A stretch of 61,381 bases of DNA, the filler included, from Globobulimina sp. (taxonomy: Eukaryota), in NCBI GenBank assembly GCA_003354225.1. It is 11 parts of 11 records of this genome, joined end to end, with 100 filler letters (N's around TTAATTAATTAA, not from the genome) between each part and the next. Parts side by side here need not be neighbours in the genome. Positions count along the whole stretch, not along the records: positions 50,316 to 55,798 come from PIVH01000549.1; positions 55,899 to 61,381 come from PIVH01000550.1; 9 more parts are not named here. One strand, written 5' to 3'. Positions 50,412-60,089 of this stretch are shown in pieces. The notes under the pieces were generated by a model. That model was not told the DNA's origin. It saw only the letters and a list, made by a program, of their open reading frames with translations, and did not search any database. Numbering within the stretch: the first letter of the stretch is position 1; every line of letters begins with the position of its first letter. The position numbers and the translations under genes are program-made.

Positions 50412-51382
50412 TTATTTGTTGATAAATTGTACAATTAGTTTCTGCAGTTGCTGACATTGTGTTTTATGTCCACCTCTGCTCCAGCCATACTTTTGACATT
50501 GCCTTGAACAGTAATGAGTGGTCTTACAACCCTTACAAATATACCATTTCTTGCTTATCCATTTTATTTTATTCCACTGCACATCACTCACATCACCACC
50601 AACAGGGATACCATATTTATAATTATCATGCATATAATCACGGTGACAGTTGGTATTTCCACATTTGATTTTCCGATCGTCAATAATGCTTTGTTTATGT
50701 ATAGCTCTTTTTATACTCTGGTCATGCCCTGCAATCGATTTATTCCACGCTGAAAAATGAGAATCAGACAAAATCTTCTTAGAAGGCACATATTTTGACA
50801 TTTTCCATATAAATAGCAAACTTATGAATCTACTGAAAGATGATTTATTTGTCATCATGAGTCTAAGGTATTTCATGAAGCCATCAAATAATATGTCATT
50901 TGATACTATCCATTTCATTTGTTTTCCACGTAATGACAACATAATGGGCAAAAGAGTTGCCAAAGGTGTAGGCCTAACAATTGGCTTCATTGGCATTTCA
51001 AAATAAATCATTGTTAATAATGCAATAAACCAAATTTCATTTTGCAAAAAATAATTTTTTCTGATTAGTTTATGTGATGATAAAACCCATAGACCAAAGA
51101 CGCTTTATTTTTTTACACTAATATTCAAAATCATTGTCATGAAGTTATGTTCAGCAATGATTTTGGAAATTGGAATAAAAAGGAAATTTTCCAACTGCGT
51201 ATAACGTACTGGTCCGAAGAAACCGATTGGAGAAATACTTGAATATTGGGTAATACTTCAATAAGAAATCGATTTGCAAAATGAATACAATCACTATCCA
51301 AATGCTCTAAACAACCAAGTGATTCATTTGTCAGTGCAATGAATAATGTATTAATAACTTTGGGACATTTTTTGCATGCCAT
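50412..51382 (-). pseudogene. MYND zinc-finger protein; upstream part disrupted (or intron not resolved)
   Basis: CGNTNC...CKGCKTTHYCSRQCQKYGW...HKTQC. Upstream ORF 51137..51400 is separated by stops/frame change without a clear GT-AG pair. Confidence 0.65.
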
Positions 51383-51566
51383 GGTGTTACTATTTTCCAA
51401 CTCTGTAAGTATGATGTTTTTAAAACGACAAAACTTTTATGTACATAATTAAAGCAGTACTTTTTGGATTTTTTTTTATTTGCGTGAGAAATGTGATAAT
51501 ATTACAAATGTGCAAGTTGTAGTGGCTGAAAATAATGAAACAAGGCAGCAATATATTTAGTCAACA

Positions 51567-54500
51567 TCACAAAGCAGCAATACCATTATAAGATACCCAC
51601 AGAAACAGTTTATTATTAACTACATCCTCAACAGTGGCCACATGCAAATGATCCATATGTGAATATCCTGAATAATGAGCAAATTTAAAATTATAGTACT
51701 CATCACAGGAATTCCATGAGGTATTGCTAACTCTACAAACACCACAATTTGCTGCTGCATGATTATAGGATATATCGTATCCACCATCATTATTTATTAA
51801 GTTTTCAATATTAATCACATAATATTTAATAGAGTTCTTTATCTCTTTCATAGTCCTGATCTCATCATCAATATATCCTTCATGTACCATTTCAACTGTA
51901 CAATGATCATATTCCCGATTAAAATCATGTCCATAAAATCTCTTCAATGCACATCTAAGCATTTTCTCCACAGATTCAACATTTTGTGGATGATCAACCC
52001 AGCCATTGGTTAATGTAAACTCAATTGTCACATATCTATGGCTGTTATCTACATTGCATGATAATATTCGAAAATTATATACTGCAGAAAGTTGACTATT
52101 AATATTTGCTATCATATTGGCAATAAGTGATTTTGTCACATTCCCAATGTGCTGTAATTGCACCTCGAATTTTGCTTTATATTTAGTTTTGACCCAATGG
52201 AGTGTATTGGAATAATCCTTCCCCATCACAGCACTAATTATATCATTCACTGCTGTGTCATTGTTAAATTTCAAGCAATATTCACACGCACCGTTGGCAC
52301 GGTCATTTTCAATGATTTTCATATTTTTACGTTCAAAATCAAATATCAAATTATTGTATAATTTAACATCGTACATTTTTCTACATCGATCATTGGATCC
52401 TTTTGTAATTCTTGTTTTATGGATATTTAAATCCGCATTACTAATATCATTGAAATAATCCCTCTCATTTTCATTTTCCACGGAGTTTCCCTTTGCAGGC
52501 TTCGAACCTAAATCCAATATATTTTTGTCATCAATTTGCTTCAATATTTCCCATTTCATATCAAAATATCTGCTGTAACTATCTGCAGCCATTAAACAAT
52601 ATGGATATTTGGATCGATAATAATATTTAACTTTGGTAAAATCTTGTTTCATATCATCAAATGTTCGCTGCTTAGCTTGTTTGCAATCATAATAAAACTT
52701 TGTATCCGTCAAAATTCCAACACCGCCCAGAAATTGTGCACCATGAGTGATGCTCATATAATCTCTGTCAATCTGTTGATTAAACTCTTGATGCAATCTG
52801 TCACTGTTATACTTTTCATAATAAGTGGCAACACAATCCTGTTGTTTACTGATTATCTTTTTTATTTTATCCAATCCATTCCACGAATAATCGTTCAATT
52901 CCATCCCTAGAGCTAATACATTCTTATACGCTTCGAATAATTTCCTATAAACATTATCATCATGGAATGTATTGTTTAATTGATTTGATACCATTTTATC
53001 AGCGAATAATTCGTTTCTGAATATTTTTGTCAATGTGGTATTTATCAAAGGTACCTGCACAGACTCATTCTTTTCATCATAATTGCCATCTTCACGCATA
53101 TTAACATCTTGATCAACATATGGTTGATCATCGATCATTGATTTGATTTTAAAATATTTTCCATTGCATTGCCTGCCATAAAATACATCTGCCAATAATT
53201 TTTTCAGTGGGATCGCCAGGATATTTTGTGTAAATGAATCATACTCAACCACAAAATACCTGGCATTATTCCGATGCGACATTAAATATAATGTGTAAAT
53301 AGCAGCTACCCTCAAACAAGCCTCTCTGTTATCTTTATAGAATCGCAAACTTGGGAATAATAATCGTGTATAAAGTCCATAGCTCTTAATGACGGTAGGA
53401 ATGAATGGTGAATGCTTCGAAAATGCTTCATAACCAATCTGCACATTGCCTTGTAATTTCCACCTCAAATAAATATCATACAATTGCTGAGGAAACAAAC
53501 TGACACAAAATCCAACTTCTCGAGCATGCGAAAAAGCAAATATAATAAACCAAATATCTGTGATTTCAATCAGTAACTTGACACATTCATTGGTTGTATC
53601 GTCATCCATGTCATTTTGCAGTGCCACTAATTTTCTTGGATATGAATATCTTATCGACAATGAGCGTTCATATAATTCGTTAGCTTTTATTTTATTTCCG
53701 TTCAATTCGTTTCTCTGTGCTTCAACAAAATAATTCAAACATCGCTTATAATCCACGCTCTCAAGCGATGAGATAGCAAATCCGATTGTTTTTGCTTTCC
53801 TTGCCACCACAATATCAGTCTTCAAGATATATTTTGTTTCGTTTTTGCCAAATAATTTACATCCTTCATGTATCAAATTGTGTGAAAACAGGGCTGCATA
53901 ACATTGTTTTGGTTGTATTGTCATGCAATCATAACCATGGTCAATACCACCATTAAGCTCAATTTCCTCTTTCATGGTTAAACCATTCATTGTCTCCAAT
54001 GTCTCTGATTTCTCTGCAGCTGATTTCTCGAAATAAAATTTTGTTTCTCCAGCTGTAAAATCATCATTTAAGTAAATGATTAATGTAAATATTGACCTTT
54101 GATTGGGTGTGTCACAAAATTGAGCATCTTTATGATAGCCAAAGAAATCGTTTCGTTGACTCGAATATCTATTTATTCGCATACCGTTATTTATCGATGA
54201 TATTAGCCATTGATTATCATTCAATACACCAAACCCTAATGGTACACATGGCACATTGTGTTTGCTTATAATTTCTTTGTTTATTATATGCAATAATTTA
54301 TTGGATAATAATGTGGACAATTTTTGGTCGAGAATCAATAATCTATCTGATTTACGAATATGTTTATCATATTTGTTTTGATTCATTCTTTGGAATTTCA
54401 TTTTTTTATTGCCTTCAATAATTTGCATGCATTCGTTTTGCGTCAATACATTAGAAATTCCAGCTAAAATCTTACCATTTTGTTGGTGAAATGAACAAAC

Positions 54501-54656
54501 ACTCGGCTTCAAATTGTTGGCGCTGTATATGTGTTTATAATATCCTGTCAATAATTGAGTGGAGATGGCTTCATCAGTGGTTCTCAATGAAATGGCTGAT
54601 GATAAATATTTATATTTGTGCGGTATATGGTTATCGGGAATAGGACAGCTGGGTTG
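51567..54656 (-). CDS. 2OG-Fe(II) oxygenase (prolyl-4-hydroxylase-like) domain protein with a long C-terminal region; 5' end abuts a retroelement
   Basis: RINRY, FFGYHKD (HxD), IFTLIIYLND.F.AGET.F, LFSHNLIHEG, KYILKTD. Confidence 0.85.
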   Translation of the reverse strand, partial: QPSCPIPDNHIPHKYKYLSSAISLRTTDEAISTQLLTGYYKHIYSANNLKPSVCSFHQQNGKILAGISNVLTQNECMQIIEGNKKMKFQRMNQNKYDKHIRKSDRLLILDQKLSTLLSNKLLHIINKEIISKHNVPCVPLGFGVLNDNQWLISSINNGMRINRYSSQRNDFFGYHKDAQFCDTPNQRSIFTLIIYLNDDFTAGETKFYFEKSAAEKSETLETMNGLTMKEEIELNGGIDHGYDCMTIQPKQCYAALFSHNLIHEGCKLFGKNETKYILKTDIVVARKAKTIGFAISSLESVDYKRCLNYFVEAQRNELNGNKIKANELYERSLSIRYSYPRKLVALQNDMDDDTTNECVKLLIEITDIWFIIFAFSHAREVGFCVSLFPQQLYDIYLRWKLQGNVQIGYEAFSKHSPFIPTVIKSYGLYTRLLFPSLRFYKDNREACLRVAAIYTLYLMSHRNNARYFVVEYDSFTQNILAIPLKKLLADVFYGRQCNGKYFKIKSMIDDQPYVDQDVNMREDGNYDEKNESVQVPLINTTLTKIFRNELFADKMVSNQLNNTFHDDNVYRKLFEAYKNVLALGMELNDYSWNGLDKIKKIISKQQDCVATYYEKYNSDRLHQEFNQQIDRDYMSITHGAQFLGGVGILTDTKFYYDCKQAKQRTFDDMKQDFTKVKYYYRSKYPYCLMAADSYSRYFDMKWEILKQIDDKNILDLGSKPAKGNSVENENERDYFNDISNADLNIHKTRITKGSNDRCRKMYDVKLYNNLIFDFERKNMKIIENDRANGACEYCLKFNNDTAVNDIISAVMGKDYSNTLHWVKTKYKAKFEVQLQHIGNVTKSLIANMIANINSQLSAVYNFRILSCNVDNSHRYVTIEFTLTNGWVDHPQNVESVEKMLRCALKRFYGHDFNREYDHCTVEMVHEGYIDDEIRTMKEIKNSIKYYVINIENLINNDGGYDISYNHAAANCGVCRVSNTSWNSCDEYYNFKFAHYSGYSHMDHLHVATVEDVVNNKLFLWVSYNGIAAL

Positions 54657-55798
54657 ATAGTAGTGGAAAAACATTCAGCCTGGATCTATATCAGGCTCCA
54701 TACTCACCGATTGCTTAAACATCCCGGTGAGACTGTTCACAACATCAAATGATAAATCATCTGGAAATTGGAACAGTTTATATTTTGCGTAACGCACAGA
54801 ATTGAAATTTATGTGTATTAAGTTGGAATTGTTGGGATGATTTCTGCCAATATCTGCGAGAACATCTGCCACTGCATTGAATGGTTGTTGTGGAGTGGTG
54901 TGTGATTTTACTTTCCAAAGTATTATTTTGTTCTTTTTTATGTAATTTTGCGTTTGTTTGAAATATAGGGAATGGGGCATTTTATTGACATTTTTTGGTG
55001 TAGTAATTAAAGGAATGAAGTTGCAAAGGGAATCAGTGAAGATAAAGATTCTTCGATTTTTTGTTGTTATCTTATAACGTTGTAGGAGGAAATTCGATTT
55101 TAGCATAGCATATAGCTCTCCAAAATTGTTGGATTGAGGGCCTAATGGTTGTGTGAAACAATGGATATTTTTATTGTCTTTAATGAAGATCCCTATTCCT
55201 GTGGTATTTGTGGCAGGGTTGTGTGAGGAATCTGTCGCAATTATTAGATCTGTGGGTAATAGTTTCTTTTTATAATTATTCCATTCATTTATGTTATCAT
55301 TACGGATGTGGAAAATGATCATGTTATCTGGAACCATATTATGTTTGGCCATTATTCTTCTTATTGTTGTTTTAGAATCATTTAGTTGCTGCATGTGATG
55401 AAGCCATCTGTGTGTTTGCGAAATTATATTATTATAAAGTGTATTTCTGGAAGTATTTATATTTATGCGATGATGGGTATAGATGAATTTGTTTGAGTCC
55501 GTATCATACAGATTTGCGCCACAAATAATGTTCCAAAGGTTAGCTTTATTTATGTTTACATTGGAGCATATTTCAATTAATCTTTGCATATATATTTGGT
55601 TATGGATTTTGTTAATTGCGGCACCATTTTTTGCAAAGACAGAGCTTGCATGGTTCCAGTATTCCAATCTCAATGTATTTATTGCAGGGCAGTATATTGA
55701 GAGATGTACTTCAATTGGTTTGCTTGTTCTGGTGTAGCAGCAATTACAGTGATTAAGTTTTTGGTTGAAATTATAGAATAATTCTCTATATATCTCAA
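54657..55798 (-). mobile_element. Non-LTR retrotransposon 3' region (zf-RVT + RNase H), open frame to the contig edge
   Basis: YRELFYNFNQKLNHCNCC...IEVHLSIYCP; ATDSS, SNNFGEL, FTDS, WKVKSH, FNAVADVLA; ends DPG-TGA, then ATGTTTTTC-CACTACTA. Confidence 0.88.
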
Positions 55799-55898
55799 NN
55801 NNNNNNNNNNNNNNNNNNNNNNNNNNNNNNNNNNNNNNNNNNTTAATTAATTAANNNNNNNNNNNNNNNNNNNNNNNNNNNNNNNNNNNNNNNNNNNN

Positions 55899-56872
55899 TT
55901 GATAATATTCGTTTTCTCATTAATTTTATGCGAACATGAATATATTTTTGGTGTATTTACCATTTCATTTTGCTCTGAACTGCATTGGTTATATTTGTTA
56001 GCTCCAAAACAATACAATTTATGTTTTATAATATCAATACACGATGAATGTTGAGAGCCGCAGGATATTGATGTTTTAAAACATTTCTTTTCAATGAATG
56101 CAGTGATGGCAGCGATTTGATTTGGATTTACTTGCATGTCACCAATGCCACATTGGCCGTAATCGTTATTTCCCATTGAATACACTCTGCCATCCATGGA
56201 AAGAAACAATGAGTGATTTTTACCACACTCGATTTGTATAATATTGACATGTTGCAATGATGCAAATTTATTAAAGGACTGTCCTCGTATTTTAGAAGTA
56301 TAAATATATCCATTCTCGTATTTTATGGCTATATTTCCTGCGCAAATTCCGTTGCTCATTAACAAAATATTTGTGCCTAAACTTACATTCTCATTATGTC
56401 CAATGCCATATATCTGTTTATTGGCTGCTTTTATGAAATATTTAGAAGCACAATGATAAATATTCTCTGTTGAATATAACATAGATTCCCATTCATATAA
56501 TCTCTCCATTTGGTTGGTATATTTGGGTGATAGACTGCAATTGGATGGCAGTGATGTTATAGACACAGATGATATGGAGGGGGATGGACTGGCATCGTGG
56601 GAATGTGACAATGGTTTACAATCTATTCTTGTTTTGCTAATTTTATAGATTTGATATAATAATGGCACATAGGATGTAATTAATGTCATCACAGCCATTG
56701 GTATTTTAGAAAAAAAATGAAAATTCGTGCATGCATACGTGTGATGTAATATTTCGACATTACAATATCTATGAACTAGAACACTTCTATAATCCTTATA
56801 ACTGCATTGTAAGGGAGCTGTGTTCGATTTAATATTTTTATTTTCTTTCTGCTGTGATTGCTGACTGCCCAT
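55899..56872 (-). CDS. RCC1-repeat protein, possible N-myristoylation, 3'-partial
   Basis: MGSQQS; IECGKNHSLFL..DGRVYSMGNNDYGQCG, ISCGSQHS, YCFGANKYNQC. Confidence 0.85.
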
Positions 56873-57334
56873 ATATAATGTTTATTATTTAGTAAAACTG
56901 TCTTACTTCAGTGATAATGTGATGAGGGAACTGTTGCGTCGTTTGCAATGTATTTGCCTGCATCCGCAATATGATGGCGCTCATACCAGCTACAAAAATT
57001 TAATTTGTAGAAAGAAAGAAAAACAAAATTTATATGGACTTCGACAAGAAACAGTGTTTTCTGTGGGTGTCCATATATCGTGGCTCTTTTGTATGTATAC
57101 CATAAAGTGCACCATGTTTCTATATTTCCCCTTATTTTGAGGACAACGTTTTTATGGAAAGAGCCATGTGGTATGTTGCTATACATCGTTTTGGTCCATA
57201 CGACTTTAAACGAACAACATGTTGAGCAGATACAAAACAGCTTTTCTATTTATCCCGGATTGTATACTGAAAATTGAAATTGTATATAGTCCGATAAGCT
57301 AAGGTGAAGGTTATTTATCACTTTACACTCCGAC

Positions 57335-58192
57335 ATGGACGGCACTTTACTACTTTTTGCATCCATGGGATCTTTGTCGGCTGCTCTAACCTTTACTACG
57401 TTTCTATTTCTTACTACATTTGCTTGGTATAGCGATCGTAGAAAGAGTAAATTCGGTAAAATTTCATCAGCATTGATATCGAAAAAGTATATTACTCGCA
57501 ACAACGACTACGAGAAACTGTACCATATAGTTTACAAATATCGCAACTATAAAACGGACGAATACACTCAGAAAGTATTGGATAAATACATCAATCAATA
57601 TTGCGACGTCGACCATTTCATACCGAGAGCACTCACCAATTTATGTTTAGAATATCTCGGAACACCATGTTTTTATTTTGGACCATTTGAAATCAACGAA
57701 TATGTCGATAAAGAGTTTTATGATCAATGTCACGAAGAACAAGCAATTGAAATAATCCATGATGCCAAATACCCGACAAACTGCGAAATCAAACACAAAA
57801 AAAAGTACGATGCAAATCGATATAAGTTTTGGGCGAAGCTGTCAGGACTCTCAGGATCATTGATGGTCGTATTCTGGTGGTTGACGGCTTATGTGTCGCC
57901 GAAGCAAGTTCTCGTCTACATTTGTTTACCACTCATATCTTTCTGGATATTCGTCGTCGCCCTCTTGTCGTTGGTGTTGTTATATCCGTTTGGTTTCTAT
58001 CCAAACCCATTACAATGCGAATTAAATCCAGACGAGTCATTTGATGGAGACGTCGACAGTTCAAATGAAACTCACTTTGAAGTGGTGGATGATAATATAA
58101 TTAAGAAAGCAATGAATGTCATTAAGAGAGCAGAGCAGAATGAAACGAATATTCAAGGATTGACTTCGAGCGATATTCAAAAGAGCGTATGA
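57335..58192 (+). CDS. Three-TM membrane protein of unknown function with an internal helical module
   Basis: N-terminal TM, VLDKYINQY....IPRALTNLCLEYL, two C-terminal TMs. Confidence 0.65.
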   Translation: MDGTLLLFASMGSLSAALTFTTFLFLTTFAWYSDRRKSKFGKISSALISKKYITRNNDYEKLYHIVYKYRNYKTDEYTQKVLDKYINQYCDVDHFIPRALTNLCLEYLGTPCFYFGPFEINEYVDKEFYDQCHEEQAIEIIHDAKYPTNCEIKHKKKYDANRYKFWAKLSGLSGSLMVVFWWLTAYVSPKQVLVYICLPLISFWIFVVALLSLVLLYPFGFYPNPLQCELNPDESFDGDVDSSNETHFEVVDDNIIKKAMNVIKRAEQNETNIQGLTSSDIQKSV

Positions 58193-58288
58193 TATGCAGA
58201 CAATCAATATGTGTCCAGTCAGCATAGAATAGAATTTTGTGTTTTTTTTGTGTGCATGATTCAGTGTTCAATTTTGTTAAAATCATAG

Positions 58289-58450
58289 CAGTCACATTAG
58301 TTGGAAATATGATACGTCTCACTTTTTGTATATATGTGAAGTAACGCATTTTTGAAATATATTACGTCACATAATTTTAATATATGTACGTTACTGTACG
58401 TCACATGGTGAAAGTCACACATTTTGAAAATATGTGACGTCACACCATTT
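58289..58450 (+). repeat. Degenerate minisatellite, about 25-bp unit (consensus approx. ATATGTGACGTCACACATTTTGAA)
   Basis: 5-6 imperfect units with an (A)CGTCACA core. Confidence 0.6.
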
Positions 58451-58663
58451 ACAAAACACCATAGCAATGTATTTTAATACCTGCATCCGCAATATGATGG
58501 CGCTCATACCAGCTGTACAAAAATTTAATTTGTAGAAAGAAAGAAAAACAAAGTTATGCGGGAATTAGTAGTTATGATCAAACAAGAATATTGCCAGTAT
58601 GATGATGATAAACACGAAGGGATTTGTGCAAGAAATTCAGTTTAACACACAGCGACTGGCTCT

Positions 58664-60010
58664 TTATGAGTCTTTATTGTCTTTACAATTACCAATTGAT
58701 ATTCGTGTTTCCTTACATCCAGGATAAATATCAATTATTTCTTGATATTTATAAAAATAGTTTGAATCAAATAATAATGGTTTCTTAATACATTGTGGTG
58801 GATTGCCATCATGAACATATAAACATTGATTATATCTATTATCCCCCCATAAATAATATTTATTATCCGCTGTCTTAATAATATTATGATTTGAACCACA
58901 TTTAATATCAATAATTGTGTCATTTTTTAATGTTTCATTTAGTTGTGGTAAATATACATTTTTAGTTGAACCATTTCCACATTGATACAGATTATTCCTT
59001 CCAAAACAATATATCTTATTTATTAATATGACAAAACAATATAAAAATAAATAAACACAACACAAAAAGATCAAAACTTGATTATTTAATGATAATAATA
59101 TATTATGATAAGTACCACAACATATTTTACCAATTTTAATATTGTTTTGAATAAAATATTGTATTCTTGTTGGTGAATATCTATTATTAGCATCTCCGTG
59201 ACCTAAAATACCATATCCACCATATCCCCATGACCAAACACCATAATTATCATCAATTGCTAACGTATGTAAATACCCACAGTATATATCCTTACATTTT
59301 ATTTTTATTTGAATTTCTTGAATATTTGGGGATGATTTGATATCTTTACCTAATCCTAAACCACCATGACCATAATCCTTACCAGCAACATATATTTTAC
59401 CGTTTGCACTTAAAAATGTTGTATAACAACTTGATGTGGCTACTTTTTGAATCGATAATGATGTATTAATTGGTGTCCATTTATTATTACTTTCTTCATT
59501 TGTTTTTATGCCGAATTGTTTATCATAATTTGATCCGACAGCATATAATTTGTTCTCATTTGAAATACAAAATGAATGTTCTGATCCATTTGGTGCTGAA
59601 AATATATTTTTTATTTTCATATGTTTTATTTGATGCCATATATTAATATCATTATTATTATGTCCAACACCTAATACACCCCTTTTATTAGAACCACAAC
59701 CTTCATATGTTTCATCATCAAATAAAATATATGCTGTTACACCAAAACTACCACCACAAGTAACAATATTTTTTATTTCTTTTTGAAATGTTTTTATTTT
59801 TGTTATTTTTCCAATATCTTCATTTCCTCCATTGCCTTGTTGTCCATATTCGTTGTTGCCAATAGAATATAATTCCAAGAAAATTGTATAATGGAATGCA
59901 TGGATAACATTAATAATATCCATATGGATGTATTGAGAGCTAGATTTTCTAACGTATCCACTTACTAATAATTGTGAACGTCTTTTCATGACAGCATAAT
60001 ACCGGTTCAT
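58664..60010 (-). CDS. RCC1-repeat protein with N-terminal helical module; in-frame intron 59077-59015
   Basis: YSIGNNEYGQQG, CGYLHTLAI...VWSWGYGGYGILGHG, CGTYHN, CGSNHN..YYLWGDN. VLIFLCC...INK is a 63-nt GT-AG intron. Confidence 0.9.
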   Translation of the reverse strand: MNRYYAVMKRRSQLLVSGYVRKSSSQYIHMDIINVIHAFHYTIFLELYSIGNNEYGQQGNGGNEDIGKITKIKTFQKEIKNIVTCGGSFGVTAYILFDDETYEGCGSNKRGVLGVGHNNNDINIWHQIKHMKIKNIFSAPNGSEHSFCISNENKLYAVGSNYDKQFGIKTNEESNNKWTPINTSLSIQKVATSSCYTTFLSANGKIYVAGKDYGHGGLGLGKDIKSSPNIQEIQIKIKCKDIYCGYLHTLAIDDNYGVWSWGYGGYGILGHGDANNRYSPTRIQYFIQNNIKIGKICCGTYHNILLSLNNQVLIFLCCVYLFLYCFVILINKIYCFGRNNLYQCGNGSTKNVYLPQLNETLKNDTIIDIKCGSNHNIIKTADNKYYLWGDNRYNQCLYVHDGNPPQCIKKPLLFDSNYFYKYQEIIDIYPGCKETRISIGNCKDNKDS

Positions 60011-60089
60011 TTTTTGGCGAAAAAAAGTTTACTATTAATAACTTGTTTTTAACTTTTATACTGTGCAAAACCAGCAGTACAGTGTGTAA

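Larger units (their letters stand above)
56945..58552 (+). repeat. About 85-bp near-identical direct repeats (56945-57027 and 58464-58552) bracketing one gene
   Basis: gcaatgtattt..cctgcatccgcaatatgatggcgctcataccagct(gt)acaaaaatttaatttgtagaaagaaagaaaaacaaa in both. Confidence 0.9.

Noticed and set aside
58289-58450. CRISPR-like array
   Set aside because: Units are degenerate and adjacent, with no unique spacers, no cas genes, and a eukaryotic context.
59015-59077. Transmembrane helix within the RCC1 protein (VLIFLCCVYLFLYCFVILINK); similar segment at about 37514-37597
   Set aside because: These are stop-free GT-AG introns with lengths divisible by three, read through by the ORF caller.
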